A DNA stretch of 64,000 nucleotides from Paraspadella gotoi. Lineage: Eukaryota > Animalia > Chaetognatha. Under the pieces are notes generated by a model, which was given only the letters and a program-made list of their open reading frames with translations, had not been told where the DNA came from and did not search any database. The DNA lies in NCBI GenBank assembly GCA_051294375.1, contig CM119271.1:9439308-9503307 (forward strand), written 5' to 3'. The position numbers were made by a program, and so were the translations under genes. This document shows, one piece after another, positions 1-14,615 of this stretch. Within the stretch, counting starts at the first letter, position 1. Every line of letters begins with the position of its first letter.

Positions 1-753
1 AATCTCAAATAAAATCTCAATAAAATCTCAAATTCAAAATCTCAAATCCAAAATCTCAAATAAAATCTCAAATAAAATCTCAAATAAAATCTCAAATAAA
101 ATCTCATAAATTCAAATAAATCTCAAATAAAATCTCAAAATAAATCTCAATAAAATCTCAATAAATCTCAAATAAATCTCAAATAAAATCTCAAAATAAA
201 ATCTCAAATAATCTAAATAAATCTCCAAATAACAATCTCAATATCTCAAATAATCTCAAATAAAATCTCAAACTAAAATCTCAAATAAAATCTCAAATAA
301 AATCTCAACTAAATCTCAAATAAAATCTCAAAATAAAATCTCAATAAATCTCAAATAAAACTCAAATAAAATCTCAATAAATCTCAATAAAATCTCAAAT
401 AAATCTCAAAATAAAATCTCAAATAAAATGCTCAAATAAATCTCCAAATAAACATCTCAAATAAATCAAATAAAATCTCAATAAAATTCTCAAATAAATC
501 CTCAAATAAAATCTCAAATAAAATCTCAATAAAATCTCAATAAAATCTCAAATAAAATCCTCAATAAAAATCTCAAATAAAATCTCAAATAAATCTCAAA
601 AAATCTAAATAAAATCTCAAATAAATCCTCAAATAAAAATCTCAAATAAATCTCAAATAAAATCTCAAATAAAATCTCAAATAAAATCTCAAATAAAATC
701 TCAAATAAAATCTCAATAAATGCTCAATAAAATCTCAAATAAAATCTCAAATA
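1..753. repeat. Tandem array of ~12-bp unit AAATAAAATCTC, running off the window start
   Basis: Continuous degenerate copies from base 1 to ~753. Confidence 0.95.
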
Positions 754-1370
754 ACTTCACGCTGGTGATCGACATTGAACTCATCGACGGACGCTTATTT
801 CGTTTCCTCTTTTTCGCCTTTTCTTTCGGAATATTAATTCGTTAGTTGTATAAAATGTTATTTGTTAATTTGTTGATAATTTTGTAATTTTAGAAATTGT
901 GCGTAGTTTAAAACAGAAATAGCGTTTGTCGCAATCTCAACTTTACCTTTTTTTTCCCCATAATCTTTTACAAACAAAGTATATATTATTTTTTATTTCT
1001 TTAAATTTATAAATTATAATATAATGCACAATGCATAATTTGAGCCTTTCGATTTGTTTCTTCTCTCTTCATCCCTCCCAACCTTATCACCCTATTTCTT
1101 TGCCTTTAACCCTTCATCTTTCTCTTCCTTTGATCTTCACCAAAACAAACATCTTCCCTCCACATTCCCCTTACTCCATCCTCCCTCCTTCTCTCCCTCC
1201 CTCCCTCTCCTCCCTCTCCCTTCCTCCCTCTTTTTTTTTATGACAAGAGTTTCTAATCTCGGATTAGACGAACTCGCGATGTCGCTTGACCTCTGACTAG
1301 AGTCTCCGATATTTCCAGAGATCTTCTTGACGACTCGATACACAAGAAGGAAGAGGCTCTCTCTCTCTCT

Positions 1371-1444
<74 letters not shown>

Positions 1445-3198
1445 CCTTGACCCCAATTATTCATAAACAACGAACAAAATCTGAAATTTACTAAAAAAAA
1501 AAAAGTAATTCGACAGACGGACAGACAGACGCATAGACTCTTTAATAATTAACGAAGTTCGGTTGTCTGCCTTTCGCGTGGTTACAAAACGGAAGTCCAG
1601 ATTCGTCGTCGTTGTCGTTGTCGTCGTTGTCACTCGTGTCTCGTTCGATCTTTTGTTTCAGTCCGTGTGTCCGTCTGTCTGGAATCACGAGCCGACCCGA
1701 GGAATGAGGGAGGAGGGAGAGGGGGGGTGTTAGCGGTTCCATTGTTCCGATTAAAAGTTCGTCGATTTCGTCGTCGTCGTCGTCGTCGTCGTCGTCATCG
1801 TCAGTCATCGTCGAAGTCATTCACGGTTATTGTCATTATAGTTAATTAGTTATTATACGTTATGAATTGTCAATTAATTATCAATTGTCGTCGTCGTTTA
1901 TCCTCGTTTCTCACTTTTCTAACTGTCATCAATCATCAGTCAGCATCAATCAAAGTCTATTTGTCATTCCTGCTTGCATATTTCGTAATCGTTGTCAGCA
2001 TGAGTTGTCGTTCTCGTCGTTGTTATCGTCGTCGTCGTCGTCGTCGTCGTCGCAGATAGTGACTTTTGTGACTCGTGACTCGTGATCGATCGCTCTAAAT
2101 CCGTGAGCGACGACGACGACGACTAAAGCGGCGGCGGCGGCGGCGGCTGCGGCAGAGGCGGCGGCGGCTGCGGCCGGCGTCCGATTCCGTTGCCAGGAAA
2201 ATTGAAATTGCGACGAGACGACGCCGGACGTTGGGGAGAAAAGGGGGAGGGCAGGATGAGGGGGAAAGGAGAGTAGGGTTGTGAGTGAGAGGGGGGAGAG
2301 AAAGTGGGGACAAAGACCAAAAAAAATATAATAAACCAAATAAAAAAATAAAAAAAAAATAAACAAACAAACTTTACACAGCACGGAATTACGCATTGGA
2401 TTTCGACATCGAGAATAGTCTGCCGCTTTTGGCGGTCTGTTTGACGGTCTATTTGGCGGTCTGCTTCGCGGTTCGAGCCGCCGGAATGTCGGCCAAGAGT
2501 ATCGGCCGGAATGACGGATTATTTTGGCGGCCGGAAAAAAAGGCGACCGGATTCGCCGTCTCTTCGAAGCCTCCGGAAATTGGGAAAAAATGACGGGGAA
2601 CGTCTTTATCTGGGATATGGTATGATGGTATGATGGTATATGGTATGGGGTAGGTGGTACGTGGTATATTATACGGAGTATATGGTACGGAGTAGGTGGT
2701 ATGCGGTATGTGGTATTTGATATGATTTACTTTGGTGTCATTACGACCTAAAATGATTGGAAAAGAATATTATTATGCAGCTTTCTTTTCCAGAAGCGCA
2801 TTGAATTTTGAAGGAAGAAACAACTTGGTGTTTTTCTAATATCATAATTAATAGTTTCATATTCTATGTATATTCTATTTTATATTCTATCGTCTCATAT
2901 TCTTTTTAATTTACGATAGTTTGTAAGTATTAAACGAACACGAATATTGAATAACATTTTTTTCCACCAATGACGGCGAAGGATAACGACGTCAATATTA
3001 TCGAGATTTTCGACGATGAAAAGAGAAGATCGCACGTTCGCCTCTCTATTCATTCGTTAGCTCTTCTGTTTTCTTTTCTTTTCTTTTCTTTTCTTTTATT
3101 TTCTCTTTTTTTCCTTTTTTTGGTTTTTCTCTCTTTTTTTAATTCCATTATTTTTCCTCCGCGATTTCGGGTTAATGAGTTCTTTTCACGGTGGAGAC

Positions 3199-3293
<95 letters not shown>

Positions 3294-3734
3294 AGTGAAC
3301 GTCAACGAGTCTGTCGTTCGGTTCACATGAAAAGATGTCGAATCACCGAAAACGCGATGACTTCATACGAATAGAGGGCGTGAGAGTTGAGATATCAATC
3401 GTGAGGACAAGTGAATGAATGAACGAAAGACCGAATGAACGAATGAAACAGAAAATGAACAAGGGAATCGAAGAAAGGAAGTAAATAATTTATTTGTTTT
3501 TCCAAAAATGATACATTTATTATTAATAAAAAAAAATAATTGCTCACCTAGTTTTCTTCCACGTAACGATTGATAACTATCACTCGTCATCGATTATAAA
3601 TCACCAAATCTGAATCATCTCGTCCGCTACAACACCCCGATCTCTTTGATGGCGACCCGTTCCCGTTCTTGCCTCTCATTTTTGTCGCTCAAATCGACCC
3701 ACAGACAAAAAAAAAAGGGAAATCATTTCCGCGA

Positions 3735-3985
3735 TCGAAAAAATCGGCCATATTTTGCGAAAGCGCCCAGTTTCGGACTAAATTCAAAATTAAGCAAGTT
3801 TTTAAGTTCAAAAGTTAGATAAGGGTTAGGTTAGAAATTAGGGTTAGAGCTTAGGCTCGGGATTTGGTTAGCGATTTGGTTATAGATTAAAGTTTGGGAT
3901 AAGGGGTAGAGTTAGGGGAAAACGTTGAAATTAAATTCAAGGATTAGGAACGGAAAAGGAACGCTCTCGGAAAATAATGCCGACA
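3735..3985 (+). repeat. Dispersed repeat with degenerate TTAGGG-like core (related copies ~24885-25200 and ~51060-51480 inverted; TTAGGG-like tract also at ~31240-31350)
   Basis: Head AATCGGCC..AAAGCGCCC..TAAATTC.AAATTAA is shared with the reverse complement of 51420-51475, followed by a GGGTTA/GGTTAG-rich tract. Confidence 0.55.
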
Positions 3986-4862
3986 CATCTTCAGTTTGTC
4001 AAATCCAGAATCCTTGACCGGGTTCGTTCTAACGAGAACGGAAAGCGGGGCTTAAGATTAAGCGGGGCTTAAGATTAAGCGAGGCTTAAGATTAAGATTA
4101 AGCGAGGCTTAAGATTTTGGGATAAAGTTTTTATTTGTCGGATTAAAAAGTTGACAGTTTTGGGATCTCGATCGCTTTCCTGGTTTTTCGATCTCTGAAG
4201 TGAGGATCGAAAAAACGTGGGGCTTTGATCGGAAAAGAGACGCGTCGATGGATAAAAGTGAATATGTGAATTTGAAGAAAAAAAATTGAATATTTGATTT
4301 TTGAGAAACATATTTTGAATTCTCAATTAAGATGTGATACTCCGTTTTTAGGACAAGGATTGCGTAAAGTCATGACATTTTTAATGATGACAATGGTGAC
4401 AATGATGACAATTGGATATTGTGTCATTCCGATTTAAAAAAAAAATAATTGAGGCTCACATTGATAAAGTTTGACGCTTTCACCACAAAGTTAAAATTCT
4501 GGTCAAATTGTCAATAAATAGACAATTAGACATTGATATCCATGATTCAGAAGTCAACTTTCCAATCGATCAAATAGGAAAATTAGAAAACCAAATAAAT
4601 ACATAAATAAACCCTTCGATCGATAAACTGACATACAAATTGATCTAAAGTGACGCATCAGATCGATAAAGTGACCAAGCTGTGATAGAAAAGTTGACGT
4701 TCGGATCGATTAAGCGAACCGATTCGATCTCATCTCAACTCTTTTCATCTCATCTCAACTCTTTTCATCTCATCTCGACTCTTTTCATCTCGACGGACGA
4801 GATATCAACGATGGACATCTCGAAATTCGCGATGATTAACGAGCGAAATCGAGTGAGAAGTT

Positions 4863-4983
<121 letters not shown>

Positions 4984-5296
4984 CCGTTTACGATTTATTT
5001 CCCTGTAATAATAGTCGTTTTGTTCAAAAATTCCACCTCAACGCAATAATTAACGTTGTTCCGAAGATTTGAAGACAGAAATCGAATTGTAATTGTTGTT
5101 GTTGTCGTCGTCGTCGTTGTTGTCATCCCCGTCATCGCCGACGCCCTCAAGCGGACGAGAAATATAAGTCGTTATTGTTGTTCGACGTATATTTCGGATT
5201 GTTTTCTATTTGTTTATTTAAACATGTCACAATTGTTCATTAGAATTAATTTTCTTTTTGAAAACTTCTAGAAAGCCCTATGCAATTGTAACAGGA

Positions 5297-5379
<83 letters not shown>

Positions 5380-5842
5380 TCTCTCTCCGCCACGTTCGCG
5401 ATCGCGATATACGATTTTTTCGCCCCAAAAAATTTTTTCGTCGAATTTCGTGAATTATTCATCCCGTCATCTCTCTGTCTCTGTCCGGGAAACGGCTCTC
5501 TGTCTCTCTCTCTACCTCTCTGTCTCTATCTGGTAGAACGTCTCTATCAAGAATAGGGCACGGAAACCTGTTGTGATTTTAGAGGCCGAGCAGGAGAGGT
5601 GCTGGGAGATGCAGGGATAGGGCCGTTTTAGAAAGGTAAAATAGGAAAGAGAGATAGGCGGGCGAAGGAAGGAGCAGGGCGTTATCCTGGAGGCCTTTTT
5701 TAAAAAATAGCCCATTGTGGGGCCGTAGTAGGCATGTGCATTGTAAAATGTCCATTGTATATGAGTGTGTGTGTGAGACAGCTCAGGTTTCCGTGTGAAG
5801 AGGGCGTGAGTGCGAAAACGATTATAATACGAACACGCGTGT

Positions 5843-5978
5843 GTTGTTTTGTTTCGTCATTTAGTAGAGCGATTAGCCAATCATTTTGTTTTGTTTCGTC
5901 AATTAGTAGAGCGATTAGCCAACCATTTTGTTTTGTTTCGTCAATTAGTAGAGCGATTAGCCAACCATTTTGTTTTGT
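5843..5978. repeat. 42-bp minisatellite, ~3 copies
   Basis: TTTGTTTTGTTTCGTCAATTAGTAGAGCGATTAGCCAACCA repeated; gives the 14-aa periodic ORFs. Confidence 0.9.
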
Positions 5979-6828
5979 CTTCGTCGTGGCTTTCGTCAAT
6001 TGTTAAGGCATTCCAAATTGAAGTATGCCGGCTGTAATTTAAAATTAAAGAGACATTAGGTTCTCATTAGTATCTTACCCTAAGATTCTTAATTACATTT
6101 GAACAAAACTTCGTCCAAAATTCTATTTTGAATTTTAGTATAAAACAAATCGTATAAAAAGGATCTCTTATATTGATTAATGTTTCCAATCCACGTAACT
6201 TCATATCCAAAGACCGTCCTCTTTTCTTTCCCGAAAATTCCGACCCCGGCGAACGAAGATATTGTCCCCGATATCCATACGTCAGTCCGTCCGTCCATCC
6301 GTCTTTCGCTCCATGGATTTTCCGCTTCGTGATGACGAACGACGAGCGATCGACGAGAAATTTATCGATATTAGACGAAAGACTATTTTGGTCATCGTCA
6401 TCGCATTGTAAAGCAAATATAATATATATATATATATTGTAAAGCAAATGTTAAGACTGAGTAATGCAGTGGGTATTTGGAGTAATTGAGTAATTAGTAG
6501 ACCAAAACGGAATCTTCCATCTTCATCGAAAATAATTTTGTTATATTTGAACATAACAAACCTTGTGGAATGACAATGACGATTAACGACTATCAATTTA
6601 TGAACATTTACATTTTTCACTTTAAGTGTTTGAAAATTTCAAGCCCGAAAATTTTTTCACGAGAAATTTGTTCCACTATTTAGAGAACCTTTTTATTGAT
6701 TCTTTTTTATTTATATCTCGATTGTGATAATTTTGTATTTTAAAAATTTAACAAATGCCAAAGAAAAAGTTTTTAAAAAGCATTTTGTAAAAAACTCGGC
6801 TTTCCAAGATATAGGGAGAGAGAAAATA

Positions 6829-6878
<50 letters not shown>

Positions 6879-7220
6879 CCGACGAATATTAAAACTGCGA
6901 CGCGAAGCGATTACGGAGAGAAAGAAGAGACGAAGAAAATGAAGGGGAAGAAAAAAAAGATTGAAGGGGAGAGGGAGAAAGAGATTTATCGAGAACGAAG
7001 TAGATTTAGAAGGAGAGAAGTAGATTTACAGGGAGAATTAATCTTCGTTTTTAACAAAAGAAAGAATTTTGATAAATAAAGCAATAAATAAGAAAAATAA
7101 AGTTATTCATAAAATATTCTCTGCGTTATTACCTAAGCAATAAGCATGATTTTGTCGAGAAAAGAATTAATTGAGCCGTCCGGAGATGAGAGAGAAGTAG
7201 AGAGAGAGAGACGAGAGGAG

Positions 7221-7287
<67 letters not shown>

Positions 7288-7447
7288 GTCATAACTGATC
7301 GTCGATTAGTTACTTGATGAACTGGAATTTTGAAGGTGTGAGACGTCGTCGTCGTTGTCGTTTTCGTCGTCGTCGTCGTCGTCGTCGTCGAAAACGCATT
7401 AAGCCGCGCCCCCAACGGTGACGAGAATCGTGATTCTTCATCCACAA

Positions 7448-7525
<78 letters not shown>

Positions 7526-9365
7526 TCTCTCTCTCTCTATCTCTCTCTCTCTCTCTCATATCCCTTTCGGCGCGATATTTTAATCATGATCACCTGAACC
7601 TTCGGACCATGAGGACGTTGCGGCGAAGGAACACCCACTCATCATCTCGAGGCCTCCTCTTCCTCCTCTTTATATACTTATATGTACCCATATCCATTTC
7701 TCCGCTCTTCCTCCTCCTCTTCCTCATTACCCGAACAAGATGTTCACTATTTAATCTTCTTTCCTCCTCCTTTTCTTCCTCCTCTTCCTCTTCCTCCTCC
7801 TCTTCCTCCTCTCTTTTTTTTCTTTTCTTCCTCCAATTTTTTTTTCTTCTCTCCATCCCCTTTTTTTCTGTAGATTTTTTACATTTTCTTTCTTTCTATA
7901 TTTCAGTTTCTCTCTCTTTCTTTTTTTTCTTTGTTTCTCTCTTTCTTTCTTTCCTTTTTTCTTTCTCTCTCTCTCTCTCTGTCTCTCTCTCTGTCTCTCT
8001 CTCTCTCTCTCTCTAGACCAACTTACGAAATATTTTCATAGTTTGATCAAAATGCTCATGCCAATAATAATTTTCTTTTCTACCATCCACTGGAACTTTC
8101 CCTTTCCTCCCCCATTAAATTCCACCCTCCACCTTCTCCCCTCCTCTTCCTCTTCCTCCTCCTCCTACTCTTCAACTTTCCTACCATTTCTTCTTCCGTT
8201 TCACGAAAGAAATTTTCAAGTTAATGACCCACGAAAAAAGTTGGAATGACTCAGCTCGGCGGGCAGCGTCGGCGGCGGATTGCGGCTGCGTCGGCGACCG
8301 GCTGCGGCGTCCGGCGGCGGATAAGTCGTCAAGACAACCCGAGTGTCGCCGATTAAGAATCGCTTCGGCGTTAAGTATTAAATTTGGTTAGAGAATATAC
8401 TATTAAAAAAGATAATATCTTAATATACTTTTATATTATTCATCGCCTTTCACTTCGCACAATCTTCGACTTTTTGTTTTAATTTGAATTAAGATCTAAC
8501 GATTTGAATATTAGTAATAGTCATATTAATTTCCTTTCCAGCCAAAATTTCATATTTATTTGTCATTTTTATTATTTTATGAAAGTTTAAAAAAATAAAT
8601 CTTATCCCATTTGAAGAATTTCTTTTTCTCGCAGTAACAAACTTTTTCGTTCACAAAAATCACGATCTTTTGTTTTCTAGTCATCGTGGCGTCCGCTTTA
8701 AGCGAGACGACGGTCGCTCGGTACAGACGAACAAATAACAAAAGAGCAAAGCGAATTCATGATTTAACGATATGAATTAGGTATTAGGGTGGAGTGATGA
8801 AAAGATTGAGCGAATGAAACATTTTTTGCTGCTTAAGAGGAAAGGTCATTCAGCTTCACTATTCATAAACTTTTATGTATTACAGCTATCACGTCAAGAA
8901 ATACATCGTAGTCATCAGTTATCACAAAAAAATTCCTTTTTTCTTTATATGTAAACATTCTGTTTTAAATAATTTTTTTTTAATCGGTAAATGAGAAAAG
9001 TATAAAATTAAATTTTAAAAAGATCTTTTTTTATCTGGTTGTTAAAAAATTGTAGGTAAAAAGTTAAAACACGGTAAAGAGAAATTTTGAAGGAAAGAGT
9101 TAAACAATTAATCTTGTCACTCGGTTGGATTTCCAATTGTGAACAAAATCTTTGGTTAAATAGATGGTAAAGAAATTCGAGCTCCACTGAATCTACACTG
9201 AATTTGAAGAGTTGCAGCCTAAATGACTGTAAGAATTTTGAATTAAAAATTTGTTTAGGAATCTTAAAAAACATTTGTAGACATTGTGTATAAACTATCA
9301 ATTTCGTTGCGTTTTGAAGTTTAGGAGAAAAAACAATTTATTTGTTTTTATCAACGAATTGTATT

Positions 9366-9421
9366 ATTGGTAAGACATGTTTCGACTCTTGAGTTTTAGA
9401 GTCTTCATCAGTTATGACAAT
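9366..9421 (-). ncRNA. Minimal type I hammerhead ribozyme in 3' pLTR
   Basis: Minus strand CTGATGA-A-GACTCT..AGAGTC-GAAAC-ATGTC; palindromic helix III ACATGT. Confidence 0.8.
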
Positions 9422-9450
9422 CAATATATTTTACTCTTTAACATTAGTTT

Positions 9451-9488
<38 letters not shown>

Positions 9489-9588
9489 AAAAGAGGGAGT
9501 TTCCAACAAAGAATTGAGCAAAGGACAGTGGTCAGATATGAGGACAGGTGAAGGTAAGATCAGGGGAAGAAGTTGGGTGAAATTTGAA

Positions 9589-9632
<44 letters not shown>

Positions 9633-10157
9633 AGGGTAAGAGAAAATCTTTACATTTTTTGTAAATGTATAACAATGATAGAGAAATAAAATAACAAACT
9701 TAATAGTTAAACTAATAGTAACATTGTAAAATAAATTAATGAGTTAAAGAAGTTGAAATTGAAATAGAAGAATAAGTGATGAGGGATAGGTAAGTAAAGA
9801 GTTAGTGAAAATTAAGTTGAGAGAAAGAGCTCAAAATGAGCTGGCCCCCCCCCCGGGTTGGCAAAGGTGGGACGTTTGCGATAGGCTCGGGTCATTGGCT
9901 TGTCATGGGCTGAGAAGATATGACTGTGGAGTGTGACATTTCGGGACCTGGTAGTGATCCTCCTGGGAAAATGCCTAACGCCACTCGAATATCTCTCTGG
10001 CCTGATAGGCCTGCCGATGGCCCTCCTCTCACCTGACGGTGAGGTGGGCGATTGCCTGTTCTTGCCTGCTTTGGTGCAGGAGATACAGACTCCTCTCCCT
10101 CCTCCTGTAGCCGTCGTTTTGGACGACGCCCAGTGTGAGAAGAGTCATGCCAGGTTG

Positions 10158-12781
10158 CTACAGGCTCGGGAGAGGTATCGTCGTCCATTGCCTGCTGGGA
10201 GGTCTCCGCCTGACCCGTTGAGTGGGGGCAGGGGAATCACCGTGCGGTTGGGGCGGCTCTGGGCGTTCCCACACCAACTTGATAAGCGAATCATAGCTTG
10301 GAGGGAGATCGAAGCGTCCTCCATCACGGTTCAGAGAGGGCTCGAGGGCTTTGATGTAGATAGCCTCTCTAATACCTCTTGAAAACCAATTTTGGTCATG
10401 GGACAGCACGAGGCAGTCCGTCTCTCTAAACAGATGGCCAGAGGCTACAGAGTGCTCTGAGATAGCTGACAGGTAGTGACCTCGTGAGTCACGGTAAGGT
10501 TTCGTATGTTGCTTGAACCGATCTGAGAGAGATTTTCCTGTCTCGCCCACGTATGCTGCTGTGCAGGTGGTGGTTTCCCTTGCCTGCACAGGCCGCCCAA
10601 TAGACGGCTCCTGATTGTTCGTTCTGGGGATTTTGTCTTTCGGTTTCACCAGTTGCTCACGTAGAGAACGCGGGTCGTCACTGAAGTGGAGATCCCCTGC
10701 TTTGCCAGCACCCGCACCAAAGCTTCAGTGATCCCCTGGTGGTAGAGGGAGGACAAGTGACCCACGTTCTTGAGACGCTTCTGCTTATCTCCCATTTGCG
10801 CTGTGGTGGGCGCGGTTGGTCCTTCAGCAGCAAGGTCCCGTTCTTCCTCCTGGGGGGGAGGTTGAACCTGCGTTAGCGGCTACTTGGGCAGCCCCTTGGT
10901 GGCCACTGCCCTCAGCTTGGTTCTGCCGGAACCTAGCCTTCTCGAATGCCCACAGAGGGTAACCATTGAGCGCCAAGGCTCTTTTGACATGCTCAAGCTC
11001 GGCGGCCTGGAGCTCGGGGTCGACGGAATCAGAAGAGCTCTCCTGGTAAGGGATCTGACTGTGGCGAGCTTGTGTGACAAGGGGGCGTGCGAATCAAAGG
11101 GAATGTATTGATCAGTATGCGTTGGTTTGCGATAGACAGAAAACTCCAATGAGCCGCCCTCTTTGCGCTTTATAAGCACATCGAGCATTGGAATTTTACC
11201 ATTCTCCTCTTTTTCACACGTCCACTTGATACTCGCTTCGATGCCGTTCAAGTGTGTTAGTAAGGGCTCAACGAGATCCCTTTGCACAGCCAGGATGGTA
11301 TCGTCTGCTTTCCGATACCAGAAGAGACTGACTCTGCCCCATGCAGAGATCGAAAAGAAGCCAAAGCTTCCACCTCATAGTCCTCCATATAGAAATCTGC
11401 CAGAGGACTTGAGGTTGATTTGCCCATCCCTAACACCAGGCTGGGCATAGTACCGTCCATCGAACCTGAAGTACGCCAGTTCCAGGTCGAGCCGCAGCAG
11501 TTCCATGATATCATCCAATTGGATTGGCGTACGCTCGTGTAACAACCGGTCTCCCTTCAGGCGGCGTTCTGCGGATGCTAACGCCAGTCCCTGAGGGAGT
11601 GTTAGTGAACATACTTTTTAAGTCACACGAGACCAAGAGATGACTATCGGGCACTATGATATGCTGGAGCTTTTCTGTCAGATCGAGAGAATTTTTGAGG
11701 TGGTGTTGGTTTCCGACAAGAGGAGTGAGAATGCGTCCCAACTCCTTCGTCATTCCATTGAAAATGGAATTGCGGGCCGATACGATAGGGCGTAACGGTA
11801 AATCGGGCTTATGAACCTTCGGCTGACCGAAGAAAAGAGGCGGCTGCGTTGAGTCAGGGTTGACTCTATGGAATACTGCCGGGGAACAGTATTCGCGAAA
11901 TTGCTTGTCACCGTCTGGATCTTAACTCTGTAAGCAAGAGTAGGATCCTTGTCAAGGGTTTATACGTCTCCTTGTCCGATAGCATTTTCGTAACCTTGGA
12001 CTTATAGTCTTGAGTGTTCATAACCACTGCAGCTCGCCCCTTATCTGCGGGGTGAACCATGATAGCTTGATTGCGCCTGAGTGAGGCAATGGCCTTGCGC
12101 TCACTCTTACCAACATTAGAAGGCGGCGGAACTCGTTTGCATTGAGTATTCTTGCCGCCCCTGCCCGAAGGGTAGCCGCCGCTTCGGCCGTTGATCTAGG
12201 AGCCGGGCTCCTGTTTCAACGCCGACGATGAGGTCAATAACAGGGATTTTAAAGGGTGTTGGAACAAAAGACAGACCTTTTCTTAAGATTGTATCTTCAT
12301 CTTTCGACAGTTCATGGGAGGAGTGATTGGAGAGCCAACACTCCTGGGCTTTGACGACTTCATCACTGGAGAGGTGGAAAAGTTCGTTGCGCCGGCGCTG
12401 GCGTCTATCCTTTTCGAGAACTTCCTGAGCGTGGCACCAGCGAAGTTGTTCCAACTTCCGTTTCTGTCTTTCTTTTGTTGCTTGAAATACCCGGGCGGCG
12501 TCGCTTTCGATTCGTCGCTGCCATTGGCCCATCTCTTCAGGCGAGAGGAGGTGGGCCAATGAGTTGAAAAGGCGTTGACGTTCGGGGCGTAGGCGCGCGA
12601 GCTGCCCATGGCATCGATCAATGAAGTTTGAAAGGAGACGTCTTCTTGTTTGTTCGATGACGTTTCTGTCTTTGTTCCGTTTCGAATTATGATAGACGTG
12701 GATGGCGCGCGGGATTACGCCATATTTGCGACAGGCAAGGGAGAAGTGCAAGTGATTGTACCAACGTGAGAGAGCTTTCAA
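10158..12781 (-). pseudogene. Penelope RT-GIY-YIG endonuclease polyprotein, broken by several frameshifts
   Basis: KVHKPDLPLRPIVS, LVSCDLKSMFTN, GMGKSTSSPLADFYM, WYRKADD, KIPMLDVLIKR, VYRKPTHTDQY (RT/thumb); YVGETGKSLSDRFKQH and REAIYIKALEPSLNRDGG (GIY-YIG). Confidence 0.9.
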
Positions 12782-12920
12782 ATGTTGGAGAGTTTATTAA
12801 TTGACGCTTTTACGGACTGGTTTGTTTGATTGGTAGACATTGTGTATAAACTATCAATTTCGTTGCGTTTTAAGTTTAGGAGAAAAAACAATTTATTTGT
12901 TTTTATCAACGAATTGTATT

Positions 12921-12976
12921 ATTGGTAAGACATGTTTCGACTCTTGAGTTTTAGAGTCTTCATCAGTTATGACAAT
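12921..12976 (-). ncRNA. Minimal type I hammerhead ribozyme in 5' pLTR
   Basis: Same sequence as the 9366-9421 copy. Confidence 0.8.
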
Positions 12977-13133
12977 CAATATTTTTACTCTTTAACATTA
13001 GTTTAGAAGAGAGAGAGAAGAGAGAGAGAGAGAGACAGAAAAGAGGGAGTTCCAACAAAGAATTGAGCAAAGGACAGTGGTCAGATATGAGGACAGGTGA
13101 AGGTAAGATCAGGGAAGAAGTTGGGTGAAATTG

Positions 13134-13165
<32 letters not shown>

Positions 13166-13513
13166 CACAGGGTAAGAGAAAATCTTTACATTTTTTTGTA
13201 ATGTATAACAATGATAGAGAAATAAAATAACAAACTTAATAGTTAAACTAATAGTAACATTGTAAAATAAATTAATGAGTTAAAGAAGGGGGGGGCCAGC
13301 TCATTTTGAGCTCTTTTCTCTCAACTTAATTTTCACTAACTCTTTACTTACCTATCCCTCATCACTTATTCTTCTATTTCAATTTCAACTTCTTTAACTC
13401 ATTAATTTATTTTACAATGTTTATATAGTTTAACTATTAAGTTTGTTATTTTATTTCTCTATCATTGTTATACATTACAAAAAAAAATGTAAAGATTTTC
13501 TCTTACCCTGTGT

Positions 13514-13555
<42 letters not shown>

Positions 13556-13653
13556 CAAATTTCACCCAACTTCTTCCCCTGATCTTACCTTCACCTGTCC
13601 TCATATCTGACCACTGTCCTTTGCTCAATTCTTTGTTGGAAACTCCCTCTTTT

Positions 13654-13691
<38 letters not shown>

Positions 13692-13717
13692 AACTAATGT
13701 TAAAGAGTAAAATATTG

Positions 13718-13773
13718 ATTGTCATAACTGATGAAGACTCTAAAACTCAAGAGTCGAAACATGTCTTACCAAT
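13718..13773 (+). ncRNA. Minimal type I hammerhead ribozyme in inverted pLTR
   Basis: CTGATGA 13728-13734, stem II GACTCT/AGAGTC, GAAAC 13756-13760, predicted cleavage after GTC at 13765. Confidence 0.8.
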
Positions 13774-14615
13774 AATACAATTCGTTGATAAAAACAAATA
13801 AATTGTTTTTTCTCCTAAAAAACATTTGTAGAAAACTAATAGAGTTTTAAAAACAACTTTGTTTTCAAGGATATAAGTTAATTTCAAAATGTCTCTCTAT
13901 TACATTTTTTTAAATCACTAATAAAAAATTCATAAAAAATATCAGACGGATTGGCTTTTTTGTTTGACCTGCAACTCTTCAGATAGGTTTCTTTTATTTT
14001 TATATTATAATTTAAAATTTGATATAAAATGGCATAGAATGCATCAAATGTTTAAAGTGAATAAATTTTTGGAATCGCCAGAAGCTCAGCTTTTTGAATC
14101 TGGACTTCATATTGACTAATTTTAAAGTTGATTTGAATGACCCTTTGTCTTAAGGATATGTAATTAACGAATTTTAAATTTTTTTTTTAAATTTTAACAT
14201 AACAGTATAATAAATTCAATTATTTATGTAATAAAAAATAAAAAATCATATAAAATAAAATAAAAAAAAATTATAAAAACATTAAATTTAAAATATTTTT
14301 TTTTATTTTTAAGAACAGATTCGCTTGAAAAAAACTAAGAAACTTTTATAAGATATGTTAAATCATATTTTAATATTAATACTGCAAAAAATGACTAAAA
14401 CATTTTAACATATATAAGTTTTTATTAAATATTCATAAAATAGAAAAATAGAAAATAGCGAAACAAGTAATTTACAAATTTTTATAGAGTAAAAAATTAT
14501 TAAAAGTTTAAAAAAAATTATTTTTAAAATTTATTATTTTATAAGAATATTATTACAAATATATTTAGAGAAAAACAAAGTTTTATTAGTTTCAACGAAT
14601 TTGTTTTTATTGGAA

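Larger units (their letters stand above)
9282..13815 (-). mobile_element. Penelope-like retroelement: 3' pLTR ~9282-9853, ORF region, truncated direct 5' pLTR ~12833-13288, inverted pLTR ~13289-13815
   Basis: RT and GIY-YIG motifs, three pLTR copies each with a hammerhead core, flanking direct repeat TAAAAAACATTTGTAGA at 9265-9281 and 13816-13832. Confidence 0.93.
8837..14149. mobile_element. Non-autonomous TIR DNA element with TTAA target site (Kolobok-like termini), copy 1, split by the Penelope insertion
   Basis: TTAA|GAGGAAAGGTCATTC ... GAATGACCCTTTGTC|TTAA; the two halves (8837-9281, 13816-14149) are colinear with the intact copy at 18386-19194. Confidence 0.75.

Noticed and set aside
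3820-3930. Telomeric or interstitial telomeric tract
   Set aside because: Highly degenerate and part of a dispersed repeat family
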